Of a DNA stretch of 64,000 nt, positions 32,101 through 41,146 are shown in pieces. The notes under the pieces were generated by a model, which was not told the DNA's origin, did no database searches, and was given only the letters and a program-made list of their open reading frames with translations. Numbering within the stretch: position 1 is the first letter of the stretch; each line of letters begins with the position of its first letter. The position numbers and the translations under genes were made by a program. The stretch covers positions 1,847 through 65,846 of the IMG/VR virus record IMGVR_UViG_3300044695_005677, one strand, 5' to 3'. The DNA is from a virus. Its lineage: Duplodnaviria > Caudoviricetes.

Positions 32101-34988
32101 TTGCGGACGCGGGCATTGTCGGACTGTCTGCCCAAGATATTGCCGATCTTACCCTTGTCGGAAAAAGCTATATTGCCGAAGGGGCATCTACCTTGGAAAG
32201 CTGGTCTGAGAAGATGGTCGCAGAGTTCGGTGAAGATATCACAGAATACCTTGAGCCTCTCTATGAGACCTCGAAAGCCCCTGTAGCAGCCGCTCCAGCG
32301 GCTAAAGCTGCGAAAGCACCGAAAGCCGCTCCGGCTGCAAAAGCTCCCAAGGAAAAGAAACTCAAAGCCTCACCGATGGCCCGCGTCAAAGCGGATGCCA
32401 AAGAAGGTAAAGAGCTTAGTCCGAAACTGATCTATGAACTGGTGAAGCAAAAGCTGGAAGAAGGTATTTCTGGAGTTGAGAACGTCTTCAAAGCAGTCAC
32501 TAAAGACCTTCAAGAGGAGTTTCCTTTGATGACCGAACGTGAAGTTCGCGATATTTTCTCCGGCTACGGCAAAGCTAAATTCCCTTCCCAAGAAGAGTTA
32601 GCAAAGAAGGTTCGCGAGCTTCGCAGACTTTCGCAACTTACCTCTGCGCTTGAAGACGCAAAAGCGTTTATAGTTCCCCTGCGCTCAGGTCAACAGCGTG
32701 ACCCAGTATCCGACGCTATCCGCGATATCCAAAAGGAGATCACACGGATCATGCAGGAAAACAATCTAGTTCAGGCCACCACATCGAAGCAGATTAAGTC
32801 CACCTTGGACAGCATCAAGACACGCCTGAAAAATCAGATCACCGATCTTAATGTCCAGATCAAGAAGAAGGAAAAAGCACCAAAGAAAGCAGGAGTGGTG
32901 TATGACCAAGAAGCGAACGACCTCAGAGCGAAACGTAATCGCCTTCAGGAAATTTTAGACGGTATTGTTGGTCCTTCTCAGCCTTCGCCTTCTCAGCGTA
33001 TCCGCCAAAGGGTGAACCAGCTGCAAAAGGAAATCACAGACTTGGAGAAGAAAGTCGCAACGCGTGACATCAGCAGACCCTCCTCACAGCCTGTCCCAGA
33101 GACTCAACTTATCCAAGTCCTCAAAGATCAAAGGGATGCGCTGCGTGAGCAACTCCATGTTATCCGTGTTGAGATCGAAGGCGAACCGTCTTTGACTCAA
33201 GAGCAGGTCAACGAGCGTGCCGTGAAAGCGATTCAACGCAATATCGACGACCTTACTCGTCGTATTCAGGAGCAAGACTTTTCCAAAAAGTCGGGCAATG
33301 TCGCTTCTGGTCCTATCATCGATCAACTCCGCGCCCAACAAGAGGCGCTACGTGAGCAGTATGATATCCTGCGGGAAACTATCCAAGGCAAACGCGAGAA
33401 GACAGACCAGCAGAAAATCAAGATGGCGAACGACGCTTTGGATAAATCCATTGAAGAGCTTCAGCGCCAGATAGATACAGGGGATACCGCTGCAAAACCA
33501 AAAGGTGCCCCTATCGTAACGCCCAATCTTACCGCAAAACGCGCTCAACGTGATGCGCTTATAGCGGTGCGTAAAGGCATGCGTGACGCAGTCAAAGCTG
33601 CTCTTGCTGATCCTGTGGCAAAGCAGTTGGCTAGAGATAAAAAGAACATCACTCGCCAGATTGAGAAGCTGCGGACTAAAATTGCCAACAGGGATTTCAG
33701 CAAGCCAACGAAGATCGCTCATACGACCGATAACGAAAAAAGGACTCTGGAAGTCAAGCTCAATATGCTCAAAGCAGACTGGGCTAAAATCCTGTTTAAT
33801 GAGAAGCTCGCTAACCGGACTACCACGCAGAAACTTATCGGTGGTGGAGCGCAGACCTTGAATACAGCCCGTGCAGTCCTAACTAGCTTTGACTTCAGCG
33901 GAGTCCTTCGCCAAGGTGGCTTTATCGTGTTTGCTAATCCACTTCGGGCGATCAGGAACCTTGGCTCTATGATTGCGTCCTTCAGGTCACTTGAAGCTGC
34001 TACAAAAGCCAAGATTGATTTGGAGAATCGCCCAAACTTTAATCTCTATAAACGCTCAAAGCTGTTCCTTGCGGATATCAGTGCATCTTCCGCTATGGTA
34101 AAGCAGGAAGAAGCCTATGCCTCTCTCTGGGTTGATAAGATTCCAAAGCTGCTGGGCGGTGGCCTGATTCGCGGGTCTCAGCGGGCCTACGTTACTTTCC
34201 TGAATAACCTTCGGGCAGATAGCTTTGATGCGATGATGCTCGGGTTCCGCAAAGGACCAGTGGCTACTGAAGAAGAGATAAACGCTATTTCCAAATTCAT
34301 CAATATCGCCACTGGTCGTGGTGATCTAGGTAAGTTCAGCCAAGCTGCTGAAGGTCTAAACACCGTGTTCTTTGCCCCGCGTCTTGTGGCTAGCCGATTC
34401 CAACTTCTGCTCGGTATGCCTTATTTTTCGGCATCCGGACGGACTAAAAATCTTGTTCTCCAAGAGTATGCAAAATTCCTCACAGGAATCGCTATTGTCT
34501 ACATGCTCGGAATGCTTGCTCAAGAAGACGAAGACAAGCCTATTGAAACAGACCCGCGCTCTACGAATTTCGGTAAGATTCGTTTTGGTAACTCACGCGT
34601 CGACCCGTTGTCCGGATTGCAACAGGTAACCGTCCTTCTTGCTCGTCTGACTTCTGGCCAAACCAAAACTGCGACAGGAAAAATTATCGATATCCGTGGT
34701 GAAAAAGTTCCTTACGGTGGTGCGACTCCGGTCAGCCTCATCTCCAAGTTTGCCCGATCCAAGTTCAGTCCCGTGCTTGGGTCTGTTACAAACATGCTTC
34801 AAGGCGAGAATGTGATCGGTGAAAAAGTTACCACCTTTGGTGAAGCCCAACGCATGGTTATCCCGATGTCGTTTGGTGAAGTCCGCAAGATCATGGAGGA
34901 ACAAGGAATTCCGAAAGGGATGGCATTGTCTACACTTGCCTTGTTCGGCATGGGAGTCCAAACCTACGACGAAACTAAAAAGAGATGA
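26136..34988 (+). CDS. Large polyvalent virion protein with two ADP-ribosyltransferase-like domains, an HExxxH metallopeptidase-like domain and coiled coils
   Basis: VYHGT...YFA...A..FA and AKHGT...GAGFYLS...A domains, each closed by F.PNQIKSA...QRF...DIRFS; HEIIGH motif; G/A-rich membrane-like N-terminus. Confidence 0.8.
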   Translation: MPWEIPITFGKTTYPVRFNTEGEPTQADIDEAIAIIRQQREAPQTDLDKALALIRQQQENPQPDATGQGRLSSAASNVGRGALSVIPGTIGGVGYVTGSDTLTGAAKDVEQGIEKMLPVNPAYQEEFSQKAANVLGQAGGMFLTGGAAGAIGKGRALAKGLEAAAAAAKGTKAAQAASLGTGILQGTYSGGQEAEKYGMTGGSAYARALLGGALEGATEKYLFGMGTELAPVRKFLGDTVERGVGGILKATGTEAGEEAASQIGGNIATTALAPKGVVTPDVMSGVGEAALLGGIAGGALGGVNNLMLGSQDTAETPPESGATEPKDPLVANLNAAIEAATANNTGEEVTVEDLVQTAKERFGVLQTKAADQTTPLTQEEADEMDALTTAFTDPTNIDHAGLADLYNLRITEPVADEVAPVAPVEDELTPAESYRLDALQEIKDRLRAGEITVSEYQQEVAQLEKDSAAAFSTPEELQYLEQIQPLKDRLVAGEITIPEYQKAIEEIKTGVAPAPVVPAATAPVVPAATAPVVPAPVADPIIDAAVVAVNKPDANLPIVAALVNDGALNPAPIPTPTEPPANAPTQEREVESPSGTPPVQGQPADQGANRQAPEGTAQREGEGAEVAPAPAPIERKKIDAIFERILKRKSTVPLINGMFQVPYAVALKDPSLRPTNRNEQSLRYRTSTKGEVTGDFNASDSRDTIIFDERVRGARAPVAPVEVAAEKEQLTPEKGDEVFVKGGDARITRRIDNIFTAEGKQMVLLQGLRDPIPLENTTVDPKSDYRRRKQKKAEQAAPVVKATPQLVRQMGDIAVKNRTPIDQRYVEDYLGGLAPEGYALNEKGDLYIYSPSRGPQFSQGGQANTAQDTEYLELAKNPEKNRSLLQKMVDKAAKMAGYNVGPVYHGTAPSSWKWDDGLKLFGVFGRDWTAFNGPAYFAANKTYADAFASHRSGERALGNDPITLSVMLSGKFKDMRSVNGFWKELRNNPKTLIESASSEGFTGFILTEADTSKRPEWAGDIYFVFNPNQIKSADPVTYDAAGNVIPLSQRFNEATPDIRFSQAPQTPTRNQSPESLRHAELEAKFKAGTITPEETAEAEKLVADRSEKGGWNIAAKHGTTHNFFTFTRANANIENNLGAGFYLSNTEDDVTENYAGVGPDLTNRIEKRAEQILNDLEDQPAYGTPAYKKKMEAAKKKAAKELSGGKQRVISAKVRFTNPVILDGNGARPSGTIIELAPDIEQYRAEAIERVKENNPEVTDENIDAYSDEVQDAMYELQSEDYNADGPMEKIRGVVDSFEETDWGRLSEELSGEESLPAYRLEQLLRENEGTAYATDSESGDSAVGELIRQVFEALGYDGIIDKNVNAKFGSKSKGKPMAGMRESTIHYIAFDPNQIKSAETFTGVPLDQRFDPKSEDIRFSQAPQTPTGLPAAKVKTVVDQVMAKNKSPLQVRVITRDELDNADEFQDIRDSLQSQGADSQFTEAWVDGRTQTVVVVADSFSSAARVREVLVHEIIGHAGVDAFASEADISRVLKILDRRVPDLVNQVRARYPNLDDAGIAREVIAKFSEQYQSADFASQPSGVKALWRELKAWLGSILQRLNVSVAAFDDLTLHWFYTNAVNAAAGITALPAPTVTATAAPVAATAAPVAATAAPVAATVAPVAATVAPAPTPAATAPTAAPAPAAKKKFVLPPARPRAKTAPAEAENAFGVANAVVDAARAKLGLPPVYAPARQSFGTLWDRALRALSIDPKKGEKLVAELNEKPREISDVDTAILTHELVTRTLDFDRATEALNKATESEKEAARQDYDSAMTRLQEAWNASDVSGTEQGRSLNARKMLVALDYTLSKMVSMRTAAAERPLTDAQRIQTEELYNKIDALQKKLDELEKSGKTSGEEARLEDLLASAREEGKLEAQKEAKLLAEADAILKAEEAARASKVKKGADPAKVLEDSVDAARARLRARKGLFGAKTPEVAQEEAGDIKFSIADAGIVGLSAQDIADLTLVGKSYIAEGASTLESWSEKMVAEFGEDITEYLEPLYETSKAPVAAAPAAKAAKAPKAAPAAKAPKEKKLKASPMARVKADAKEGKELSPKLIYELVKQKLEEGISGVENVFKAVTKDLQEEFPLMTEREVRDIFSGYGKAKFPSQEELAKKVRELRRLSQLTSALEDAKAFIVPLRSGQQRDPVSDAIRDIQKEITRIMQENNLVQATTSKQIKSTLDSIKTRLKNQITDLNVQIKKKEKAPKKAGVVYDQEANDLRAKRNRLQEILDGIVGPSQPSPSQRIRQRVNQLQKEITDLEKKVATRDISRPSSQPVPETQLIQVLKDQRDALREQLHVIRVEIEGEPSLTQEQVNERAVKAIQRNIDDLTRRIQEQDFSKKSGNVASGPIIDQLRAQQEALREQYDILRETIQGKREKTDQQKIKMANDALDKSIEELQRQIDTGDTAAKPKGAPIVTPNLTAKRAQRDALIAVRKGMRDAVKAALADPVAKQLARDKKNITRQIEKLRTKIANRDFSKPTKIAHTTDNEKRTLEVKLNMLKADWAKILFNEKLANRTTTQKLIGGGAQTLNTARAVLTSFDFSGVLRQGGFIVFANPLRAIRNLGSMIASFRSLEAATKAKIDLENRPNFNLYKRSKLFLADISASSAMVKQEEAYASLWVDKIPKLLGGGLIRGSQRAYVTFLNNLRADSFDAMMLGFRKGPVATEEEINAISKFINIATGRGDLGKFSQAAEGLNTVFFAPRLVASRFQLLLGMPYFSASGRTKNLVLQEYAKFLTGIAIVYMLGMLAQEDEDKPIETDPRSTNFGKIRFGNSRVDPLSGLQQVTVLLARLTSGQTKTATGKIIDIRGEKVPYGGATPVSLISKFARSKFSPVLGSVTNMLQGENVIGEKVTTFGEAQRMVIPMSFGEVRKIMEEQGIPKGMALSTLALFGMGVQTYDETKKR
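31047..31145 (+). repeat. 21-bp coding tandem repeat (ATAAPVA)
   Basis: About 5 units of GCGACTGCTGCTCCCGTAGCT. Confidence 0.9.
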
Positions 34989-35572
34989 GACGAATACTAG
35001 ACACTTCCCGACCAGTTGGCGGCATGTGGACATACACTCAGCCTGAGACAGGTGTGGTGTTCTCCGCATGGAGCTACCCTGCGCTTCTTACCCGCATCAG
35101 CGCCCACCGCAGTGCGTGCAATATCCCCATGTCCGGAGGCTGGACTGCGGAAGTCCAAGAAGCGATGATCGCGGCTAATCCCTCCATCCCGCACGAAGAG
35201 ATTGGGGCTATTAAGCGTTTCTATAACGCTGACGATGTGCATCGGTTTATCTCGACCATGATGGAGATGCGCGGAGGCGAGAAACTGGTCAGTCCTGAAG
35301 AGCAGGCTCGACGGATCGATATCTGCGCTGCATGCCCAAAGAAGGGCGTGATCGGCTGTAAATGGTGCGGCTGGCTTGCGTCAAAGGTCACCGAAATCAT
35401 GGGCGGACGAAAAATCCACAGGGCACCAGAAGTGTTCAAGCACTCCTGCATGGCGTGTGGGTGTGATATCCCTTCCAAGACCGCTATTTCTCTCGACCTG
35501 TTAAAGAAGGTCGATGAGAAACTTGGTGAGTCTCCTGCCTATGCCGAAGGCTGCTGGATGACCGAAGTCTGA
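34985..35572 (+). CDS. Cys-rich hypothetical protein
   Basis: CAAC, CKWC and CMACGC motifs. Confidence 0.7.
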   Translation: MRRILDTSRPVGGMWTYTQPETGVVFSAWSYPALLTRISAHRSACNIPMSGGWTAEVQEAMIAANPSIPHEEIGAIKRFYNADDVHRFISTMMEMRGGEKLVSPEEQARRIDICAACPKKGVIGCKWCGWLASKVTEIMGGRKIHRAPEVFKHSCMACGCDIPSKTAISLDLLKKVDEKLGESPAYAEGCWMTEV

Positions 35573-35790
35573 GGAGCTTCTACCTGCTCGGCGCTCACAT
35601 CGATTCCGGTTGTATCGACGGAGATGGTGAATTTGAGATGGCCGACGACGCCGGGGAACGGGTTGAGGCTATTGAGCGCATCTTCGATAGCCTTTGCTAC
35701 CTTTTTCTCGGCCATAAAGCTCTGGGCATTACGGACGATTAGGTCTTTGTGCTTGGGTTGTAGCACTTCTAAGAATTCTTGAGTTTTCAT
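35539..35790 (-). CDS. Hypothetical protein
   Basis: 83-aa ORF, last gene of the leftward operon. Confidence 0.5.
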   Translation of the reverse strand: MKTQEFLEVLQPKHKDLIVRNAQSFMAEKKVAKAIEDALNSLNPFPGVVGHLKFTISVDTTGIDVSAEQVEAPQTSVIQQPSA

Positions 35791-35805
35791 ACTGGAGTTG
35801 CTTGG

Positions 35806-36819
35806 TTACTTTTTCTCGATCCATCCTGCGGCTTTGATTTTGTAGCCTATTTTCGGGAGGATAGTCAATACATCCTCCCTCGTTACGCCTGTGGACATGA
35901 TGACGCTGCTAAGGCGTATCTTGCCTGAAGACAACACACATTGTAGCACTTTTTGATACTTAGCGTGTTGTTCACCTTGGGCAGGCACGCTGGGTGCGGG
36001 AGTAGCCACTGGTGTTATAACGGGCTTTTTGGGTTCCTCGGGTGCCCCAATGATCAGACGGTGTAGTGACCCGTCTTTGCATCCGTGAGCGATGACGGCT
36101 TCAGGCTCGATGACTCCTATCTCATCTTCATCATCGCAGCTTTGGAAGACAATTTGTCCATTCTCTTTCCGAGAATACTTCTGAGTTTTCCAGTGGTCGC
36201 GGAACAGCATAGAGTTCGCTACACCGCGTTTAAACATCAACCAGCGTAAATACACATCCCACGGGTCTGGCGCATGGCTACGAGGGTCTGGATGGCCCAG
36301 ATCGGTCAATAGCGGGGATATGTTCTGGTCCCGAGAGAGCATCGGTGGGTATACCGCATTCCCGAGAAGCATGTTGTCTCCATCTTTTGTGAAAGTGCTG
36401 CCATCGGTATTCTTCCACTTGGTCAGTCTGACATGCCCCATGAAAGCCTTCCCGCTTGCTTGATAAGCGTTGGCAAGGGAGTCGAGCCAGCCTGCCTTTA
36501 ACGGGCAGCAGTCCGGCTCCATCCAAAACCAAGGTGAGTTATTCTCTTCACTGTCGAGATGAAGGACAGTCCATCTCCACATTCTATTGCACCCGACGAA
36601 CCAGCCTCCGGAAAGCTCGTCTTCGGTAGATACACAAGTGACTTGATCACAGGCTTTGCGTATCTTCTCCGCTGCTTTCTCTGCCTGATCTAGCAGGGAT
36701 GGGATAGACACAATCTTGATCGAGTGATTCCCGACATTGCCGAGAGTCACGATAGCGGAAGACAGCAATTCCAGATTTGCTTCGTCGGACTTTGACCCGA
36801 CAGGGATAATAACGAGCAT
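35806..36819 (-). CDS. Putative GT-A fold glycosyltransferase
   Basis: WFWMEPDCCP.KAGWLD.L (ExD motif), GNAVYP, HGCKDGS. Confidence 0.55.
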   Translation of the reverse strand: MLVIIPVGSKSDEANLELLSSAIVTLGNVGNHSIKIVSIPSLLDQAEKAAEKIRKACDQVTCVSTEDELSGGWFVGCNRMWRWTVLHLDSEENNSPWFWMEPDCCPLKAGWLDSLANAYQASGKAFMGHVRLTKWKNTDGSTFTKDGDNMLLGNAVYPPMLSRDQNISPLLTDLGHPDPRSHAPDPWDVYLRWLMFKRGVANSMLFRDHWKTQKYSRKENGQIVFQSCDDEDEIGVIEPEAVIAHGCKDGSLHRLIIGAPEEPKKPVITPVATPAPSVPAQGEQHAKYQKVLQCVLSSGKIRLSSVIMSTGVTREDVLTILPKIGYKIKAAGWIEKK

Positions 36820-36824
36820 AGGTG

Positions 36825-38402
36825 TTAGCGTTTTTTGGCGTTAGCCAGAGCTTTGTTGAAAAGTGTGAGGTCGATAGTGCCTTCGCTAAAGTGCTCGGGC
36901 AAGCGTCTGCACTGGTAGTCGTAGACTTTCTTCTCCGCTTCCGCGTAGCTGATACCTTCTTTTGCGGCTACGCGAGATACGATTGTTCGGAGGATGTTCT
37001 CTGACTTTTCGTTGGGGTAGCGCCATGAGCCGGGCGGAACAAGGGATCGGTTAATCGATTGAAACCTCGGACCAAGGCTGGGGATAACCGTCGAAGGAAT
37101 ACCGTCCGTTGCTGGCAAGACTACGTCTCCGTCCACAATATGCTGGACTGAAGGCAAGTTATCGGCTTGGGGATATACACAGTCTGGGTATAGCACCGAA
37201 GTTTCCAGTATTCTTGGGTGCTTTAAACCTTCAGCAACCGCAAAGGGGCTGGACTGGTTACCAATAAAAAGATCTGATCCGGCGATAATCTCAGCTATCT
37301 GAAGGAAATTCTGGGTTGGAAAATGCTCTACATTCCCAAACTTCGCGCAGAAGTCTTTGTGGTCGTCGGGTAAGCCAAGGAATATGGCTTTCGGGCCATA
37401 GTGCTCAACTAACCCTTTCCACGGGAAGTAGGGGTTATGGTATCTTGCGCTTCTAGAAAAGACCACCTTCCCCGAGGACTCCTTGGAAGGATTCGCGTAA
37501 AGCCATTGCTTATCCCCTAATGGGATATCAAGGCCGTATTTTTGCTTGGCCCATAGTGCCTGACTATAGAGTAGCGTGTTTGGGTTGGTATGGACACCGC
37601 GAAAGGGGGAGAGGTCTAGAATCCCTTCTCCACCAAAGCTCACCATACTGATATAGGGTTGAGCGCGTAACAAGGGAGCTATAGAATCAAAATAATGCCT
37701 GAGAGGACGAGTCCAAGGTCGGTCGTATAACCACAAGCAGTTCTCCCCCTCCATCTGCTGAATGATAGGGAGAAGATAGATGATATCCCCTAAATCGCCA
37801 GACGAACCAAAATGGTTCGCCTTTGGGTTGATCAAGGTCTGGCACTGATCCTTATGAAATACGATTGCTTCTGCGCGTGGTTTTGGCTTTTGGTGCAGCG
37901 TAACCCTTCCGTTATCCGCATATTCTCCATAGGAGTGATGAATGATGCGCGTCTTGTGTATCTTCTCAGAATGATTTTTGTGCAGATAGCCATCGAAGCC
38001 ATCGTTAAACCCCGCTATGCTGATGCTGTCAGGGACTAGATCGAGTATGTTCTCCCCGTAAACACCAATGCCCCCACACATGTCGAAAGGTATAGTAGAA
38101 TCGGAAGACCATACCACTTGCTTCCCGTAGCTCTTGGCGAGCAGCCATTCTTTAGTGAGTTCCTCCACCCATCCGGCTTTGAGGGGTATGGCGTCGGCTT
38201 CCAGCCAGATGAAGGGCTTTCCGTTTGCTTCCCGACATACTTCTAGAAAGGCGTAATTACAGATCGCCGGATAAGGCAGCTTTGGCTCCGGTTTATTGAC
38301 CAGAATGAGCTTAGTCCCATCAAGGTCGAGACAATGCTTGGCAAGTCGAGCATAAGCCCCCCGCTGGGTTTCTGCCTCGTAGGCGTAGACGGGAAGAGTC
38401 AT
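36825..38402 (-). CDS. Two-domain glycosyltransferase (GT-A-like plus GT9/heptosyltransferase-like)
   Basis: N-domain FIWLEADAIPLKAGW is paralogous to the previous gene; C-domain has SGDLGDII..LP and IA..DLFIGNQSSP.AVAEGL. Confidence 0.7.
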   Translation of the reverse strand: MTLPVYAYEAETQRGAYARLAKHCLDLDGTKLILVNKPEPKLPYPAICNYAFLEVCREANGKPFIWLEADAIPLKAGWVEELTKEWLLAKSYGKQVVWSSDSTIPFDMCGGIGVYGENILDLVPDSISIAGFNDGFDGYLHKNHSEKIHKTRIIHHSYGEYADNGRVTLHQKPKPRAEAIVFHKDQCQTLINPKANHFGSSGDLGDIIYLLPIIQQMEGENCLWLYDRPWTRPLRHYFDSIAPLLRAQPYISMVSFGGEGILDLSPFRGVHTNPNTLLYSQALWAKQKYGLDIPLGDKQWLYANPSKESSGKVVFSRSARYHNPYFPWKGLVEHYGPKAIFLGLPDDHKDFCAKFGNVEHFPTQNFLQIAEIIAGSDLFIGNQSSPFAVAEGLKHPRILETSVLYPDCVYPQADNLPSVQHIVDGDVVLPATDGIPSTVIPSLGPRFQSINRSLVPPGSWRYPNEKSENILRTIVSRVAAKEGISYAEAEKKVYDYQCRRLPEHFSEGTIDLTLFNKALANAKKR

Positions 38403-38977
38403 GCGATTTTTCTGAATAGAAAGGCAACTTGGGCTTGGGCTTTTCCGAAGGTCTGGTCAAGAGACAGATTCCACGTCTGGGCAAGATCATAACCGTCTAG
38501 TTCAAGGCGTGCGTCAATCAACTCAAGGCTATACTTCAATCCGAGTCCCCGCATATCCTTGAACCCGTAGAAGGGGTGAGTGTCAGGACGGTTCTCAGGA
38601 TCGAGCAGATCGAAAGATGCCTTGTGATCTGGGTTGTATCTGGAAGGCCACCTTCTGCGCTCATAGAAGGTCCAGCTTGGAACATAGATAAGCATGTGAC
38701 CATTCGGCTTAAGAACTCTGGCCCAATTTTTCAAAGATGTTGGGACATCGACCATGTGCTCAAGGCAGTGCGAAGACACAACTGTATCGAAGCTATTGTC
38801 TTTCAGGCTCTCCAAGTATTGAGCATCCCCATCTGGTTGATCCCAGCCTTGGACTACCGCAGGAGCAGGAAGTTTGATCGGGTCTTTTCCACACCCGATG
38901 TCCAATACCTTCCCAGTTAGTAGGAGATAATCCCGATTACGGAAGCGGGCGTTATGAGATTTTGTTTGCTCGTCCAT
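38399..38977 (-). CDS. Class I SAM-dependent methyltransferase
   Basis: VLDIGCG, FDTVVSSHCLEH, RVLKPNG. Confidence 0.9.
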   Translation of the reverse strand: MDEQTKSHNARFRNRDYLLLTGKVLDIGCGKDPIKLPAPAVVQGWDQPDGDAQYLESLKDNSFDTVVSSHCLEHMVDVPTSLKNWARVLKPNGHMLIYVPSWTFYERRRWPSRYNPDHKASFDLLDPENRPDTHPFYGFKDMRGLGLKYSLELIDARLELDGYDLAQTWNLSLDQTFGKAQAQVAFLFRKIA

Positions 38978-39168
38978 TATGCCTTCTCCTTTTCGAGCAC
39001 CGCGATTTTAGCCCTTTGGTTATACCCTTCCGCGAAGCCTTCATTTCTGCCCGCTCTTTTAGCGGCATAGATGCAGGCGATGCAGCTTTGCTCACATCGC
39101 CAAATGATAATAGCCGCTAAGATGGATGCGGAAATAAACCCTTCTAGAAAGCAAATGATGTCGTCCAT
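38977..39168 (-). CDS. Small membrane-anchored protein
   Basis: N-terminal hydrophobic helix followed by G.AEGY. Confidence 0.5.
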   Translation of the reverse strand: MDDIICFLEGFISASILAAIIIWRCEQSCIACIYAAKRAGRNEGFAEGYNQRAKIAVLEKEKA

Positions 39169-39176
39169 GTAGTTTC

Positions 39177-39205
39177 ATATTACCGAAACTACCTGCCTAC
39201 GTCAA
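39177..39205 (-). promoter_or_regulatory. Sigma70-type promoter for the MTase/GT operon
   Basis: Minus strand TTGACG, 17-nt spacer, TAATAT. Confidence 0.7.
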
Positions 39206-41100
39206 CTCCAACTTTCTCCCCACCCGCTGCCTTTTCCCCCGAACCCGAAGTCTCCGCCAAAGTCGTCTTTATAGGAAGGTTTTTTCACTGGTGGCGGGTC
39301 AAACCAATTGGTGGTCTTTGCTGCGCTAGTCGATATTTTTGCTGATCGGGACGCGGCTACAAAGTGGTGCCTTCGACGCGCAACTTCGATCAGCCCTACC
39401 CATGCGTCAGCCCTATCCGGACTTCTCCCGCTGGTTCGTTTCTTCATCTCGTCTTTCGGCTCGACGACTACCTTATTTCCCCGATCCGAATACGTTCTGG
39501 CGCAAAGCTCAATCATAGTGGCGTTATCGAGTCCCCTGATTTGACCTGCTGCCATAAACTCTTTTCCAATATACCAGAGTTCTGAAACACGATTGGCAAA
39601 ACGCTCTTTGCCTTTCCGCTTATCAGTCGCACTTACCAGCATATCCGAAGCTGATCCGGCGAAGCTGACCATCTGGAATCCCTGCCCCATCTTCATGGCA
39701 AGAATAGTGGCAAACGGGTCGCCACCACCTGTGGCATCCACACCTCGATCCTGCACCGATACGTTGCGCTTTACGCACTCCTCGATGTAGAGTTCGGCAA
39801 GCTGTTCGTTCCTGTCTTTCGTGCGGTGCCGTGCATTTACCTGCTGCATAAGGTCTAACGTCTCAGTCTTCTCCAGCACCTTCATTGTTTTTCCGTTGAT
39901 CTGGGCAACCCCCAGAAGGCCAAAAGCCGCAGCAGCCGCATCACCACCTTTGGAGAAGGATGGGTCTAGGAAGGCGATAGGTATGGGTCGCTCAAGCCAA
40001 GGGGTGCCTTTTTGACCCGCTAGGCTTTTGGTAAGTTCTGGTTCTGAGTAGACGGTATCGATGGCTCCGGTAGGGCATGGGAAACTTTTCACCATGCGGT
40101 AATAGCCGGGCGAACGGGGGCCGAACTTTTCCCGAATTTCGCGGAGACCTTCCTGAGTGAGAAGACCGGGGTAGAGGGTCTGCCCCGCCACTACGTTTGG
40201 CGATTTTTCCCCATCGAACCGTGAACAGTATCCTCCTACTTTTGTTTCCCATCCTGTCATCTCCTCGGTCACACTATCCCATCCGTTCTTGGGTTCTGTG
40301 AACAGGCCAAATGGGTCGAAGATAGACGTGAGATTTCCTGTCCCAATCATCTGGAAACCGTCATTTGCCAGAAGGTTTGTCACCGCATCATAGAGTTTAT
40401 GTGTGAGCAATGGAAGCTCATCAGCAATGAGTATGAGTCTACCTGCTTTAAACCCGATCTTTGTAGATGCATCCCCATCATTGCCTTTGCCGCCCGCGAT
40501 GAGCGCAATGCCAACAAGGTCGTCAGGTTTGCCTTTAAGGTAGCCTGTGATTTTACCGGACGAGGATACAAGTTTACCGGGCAAGCCCCCAAAAGGCGCA
40601 AAATACGTATCCGCTTCACCCCAGTATTTCTCGACAACACCCCATGCCCTCATTCGTGACTCGGTAAGAGACGTTGAAGTGATGAGCACTTTGGTGTGGC
40701 TAGGATCGATCAGGAACATCGCAATTGCCCAGATCGCACCAAACTGCGTCTTGCCGCTGGAAGCGTGTCCTGACGCAGCGTAGAGCTTGTGCTGGCGTGC
40801 CTGACGCAGCATCTCCTCGGCGTATGGGTTCCATGTGAACTTGTAGACGCAGTCTTTCCTTCCCCAGATCAAGGATACGAAATTCTTGAAATGCTCCTCC
40901 CAGTCTAGGATTTGGTTTCCTGATACCCGCTGATAGAACGAATACTTCCTCAAGATATCCATCTCTATGCGGACATCAGGCATCGGCAAAGCAGGACGGT
41001 TACGACTGTCCATCATGGGTAACCATGTGATGCCGTATTTTACCCTTTTGTATTTATCAGGTATCTGCGAAGGCTGTAGTGGTGGCATATCTATAAGCAA
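39202..41100 (-). CDS. terL: Terminase large subunit
   Basis: Walker A GHASSGKT, Walker B LILIADE, motif III GTGN, RNase H-like FLDPS..GGD and SPDRADA. Confidence 0.9.
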   Translation of the reverse strand: MLIDMPPLQPSQIPDKYKRVKYGITWLPMMDSRNRPALPMPDVRIEMDILRKYSFYQRVSGNQILDWEEHFKNFVSLIWGRKDCVYKFTWNPYAEEMLRQARQHKLYAASGHASSGKTQFGAIWAIAMFLIDPSHTKVLITSTSLTESRMRAWGVVEKYWGEADTYFAPFGGLPGKLVSSSGKITGYLKGKPDDLVGIALIAGGKGNDGDASTKIGFKAGRLILIADELPLLTHKLYDAVTNLLANDGFQMIGTGNLTSIFDPFGLFTEPKNGWDSVTEEMTGWETKVGGYCSRFDGEKSPNVVAGQTLYPGLLTQEGLREIREKFGPRSPGYYRMVKSFPCPTGAIDTVYSEPELTKSLAGQKGTPWLERPIPIAFLDPSFSKGGDAAAAAFGLLGVAQINGKTMKVLEKTETLDLMQQVNARHRTKDRNEQLAELYIEECVKRNVSVQDRGVDATGGGDPFATILAMKMGQGFQMVSFAGSASDMLVSATDKRKGKERFANRVSELWYIGKEFMAAGQIRGLDNATMIELCARTYSDRGNKVVVEPKDEMKKRTSGRSPDRADAWVGLIEVARRRHHFVAASRSAKISTSAAKTTNWFDPPPVKKPSYKDDFGGDFGFGGKGSGWGESWS

Positions 41101-41146
41101 TAAAGCACATGTTATGCGCCTATGCTATCGCGGTTCGTCAAACTAT

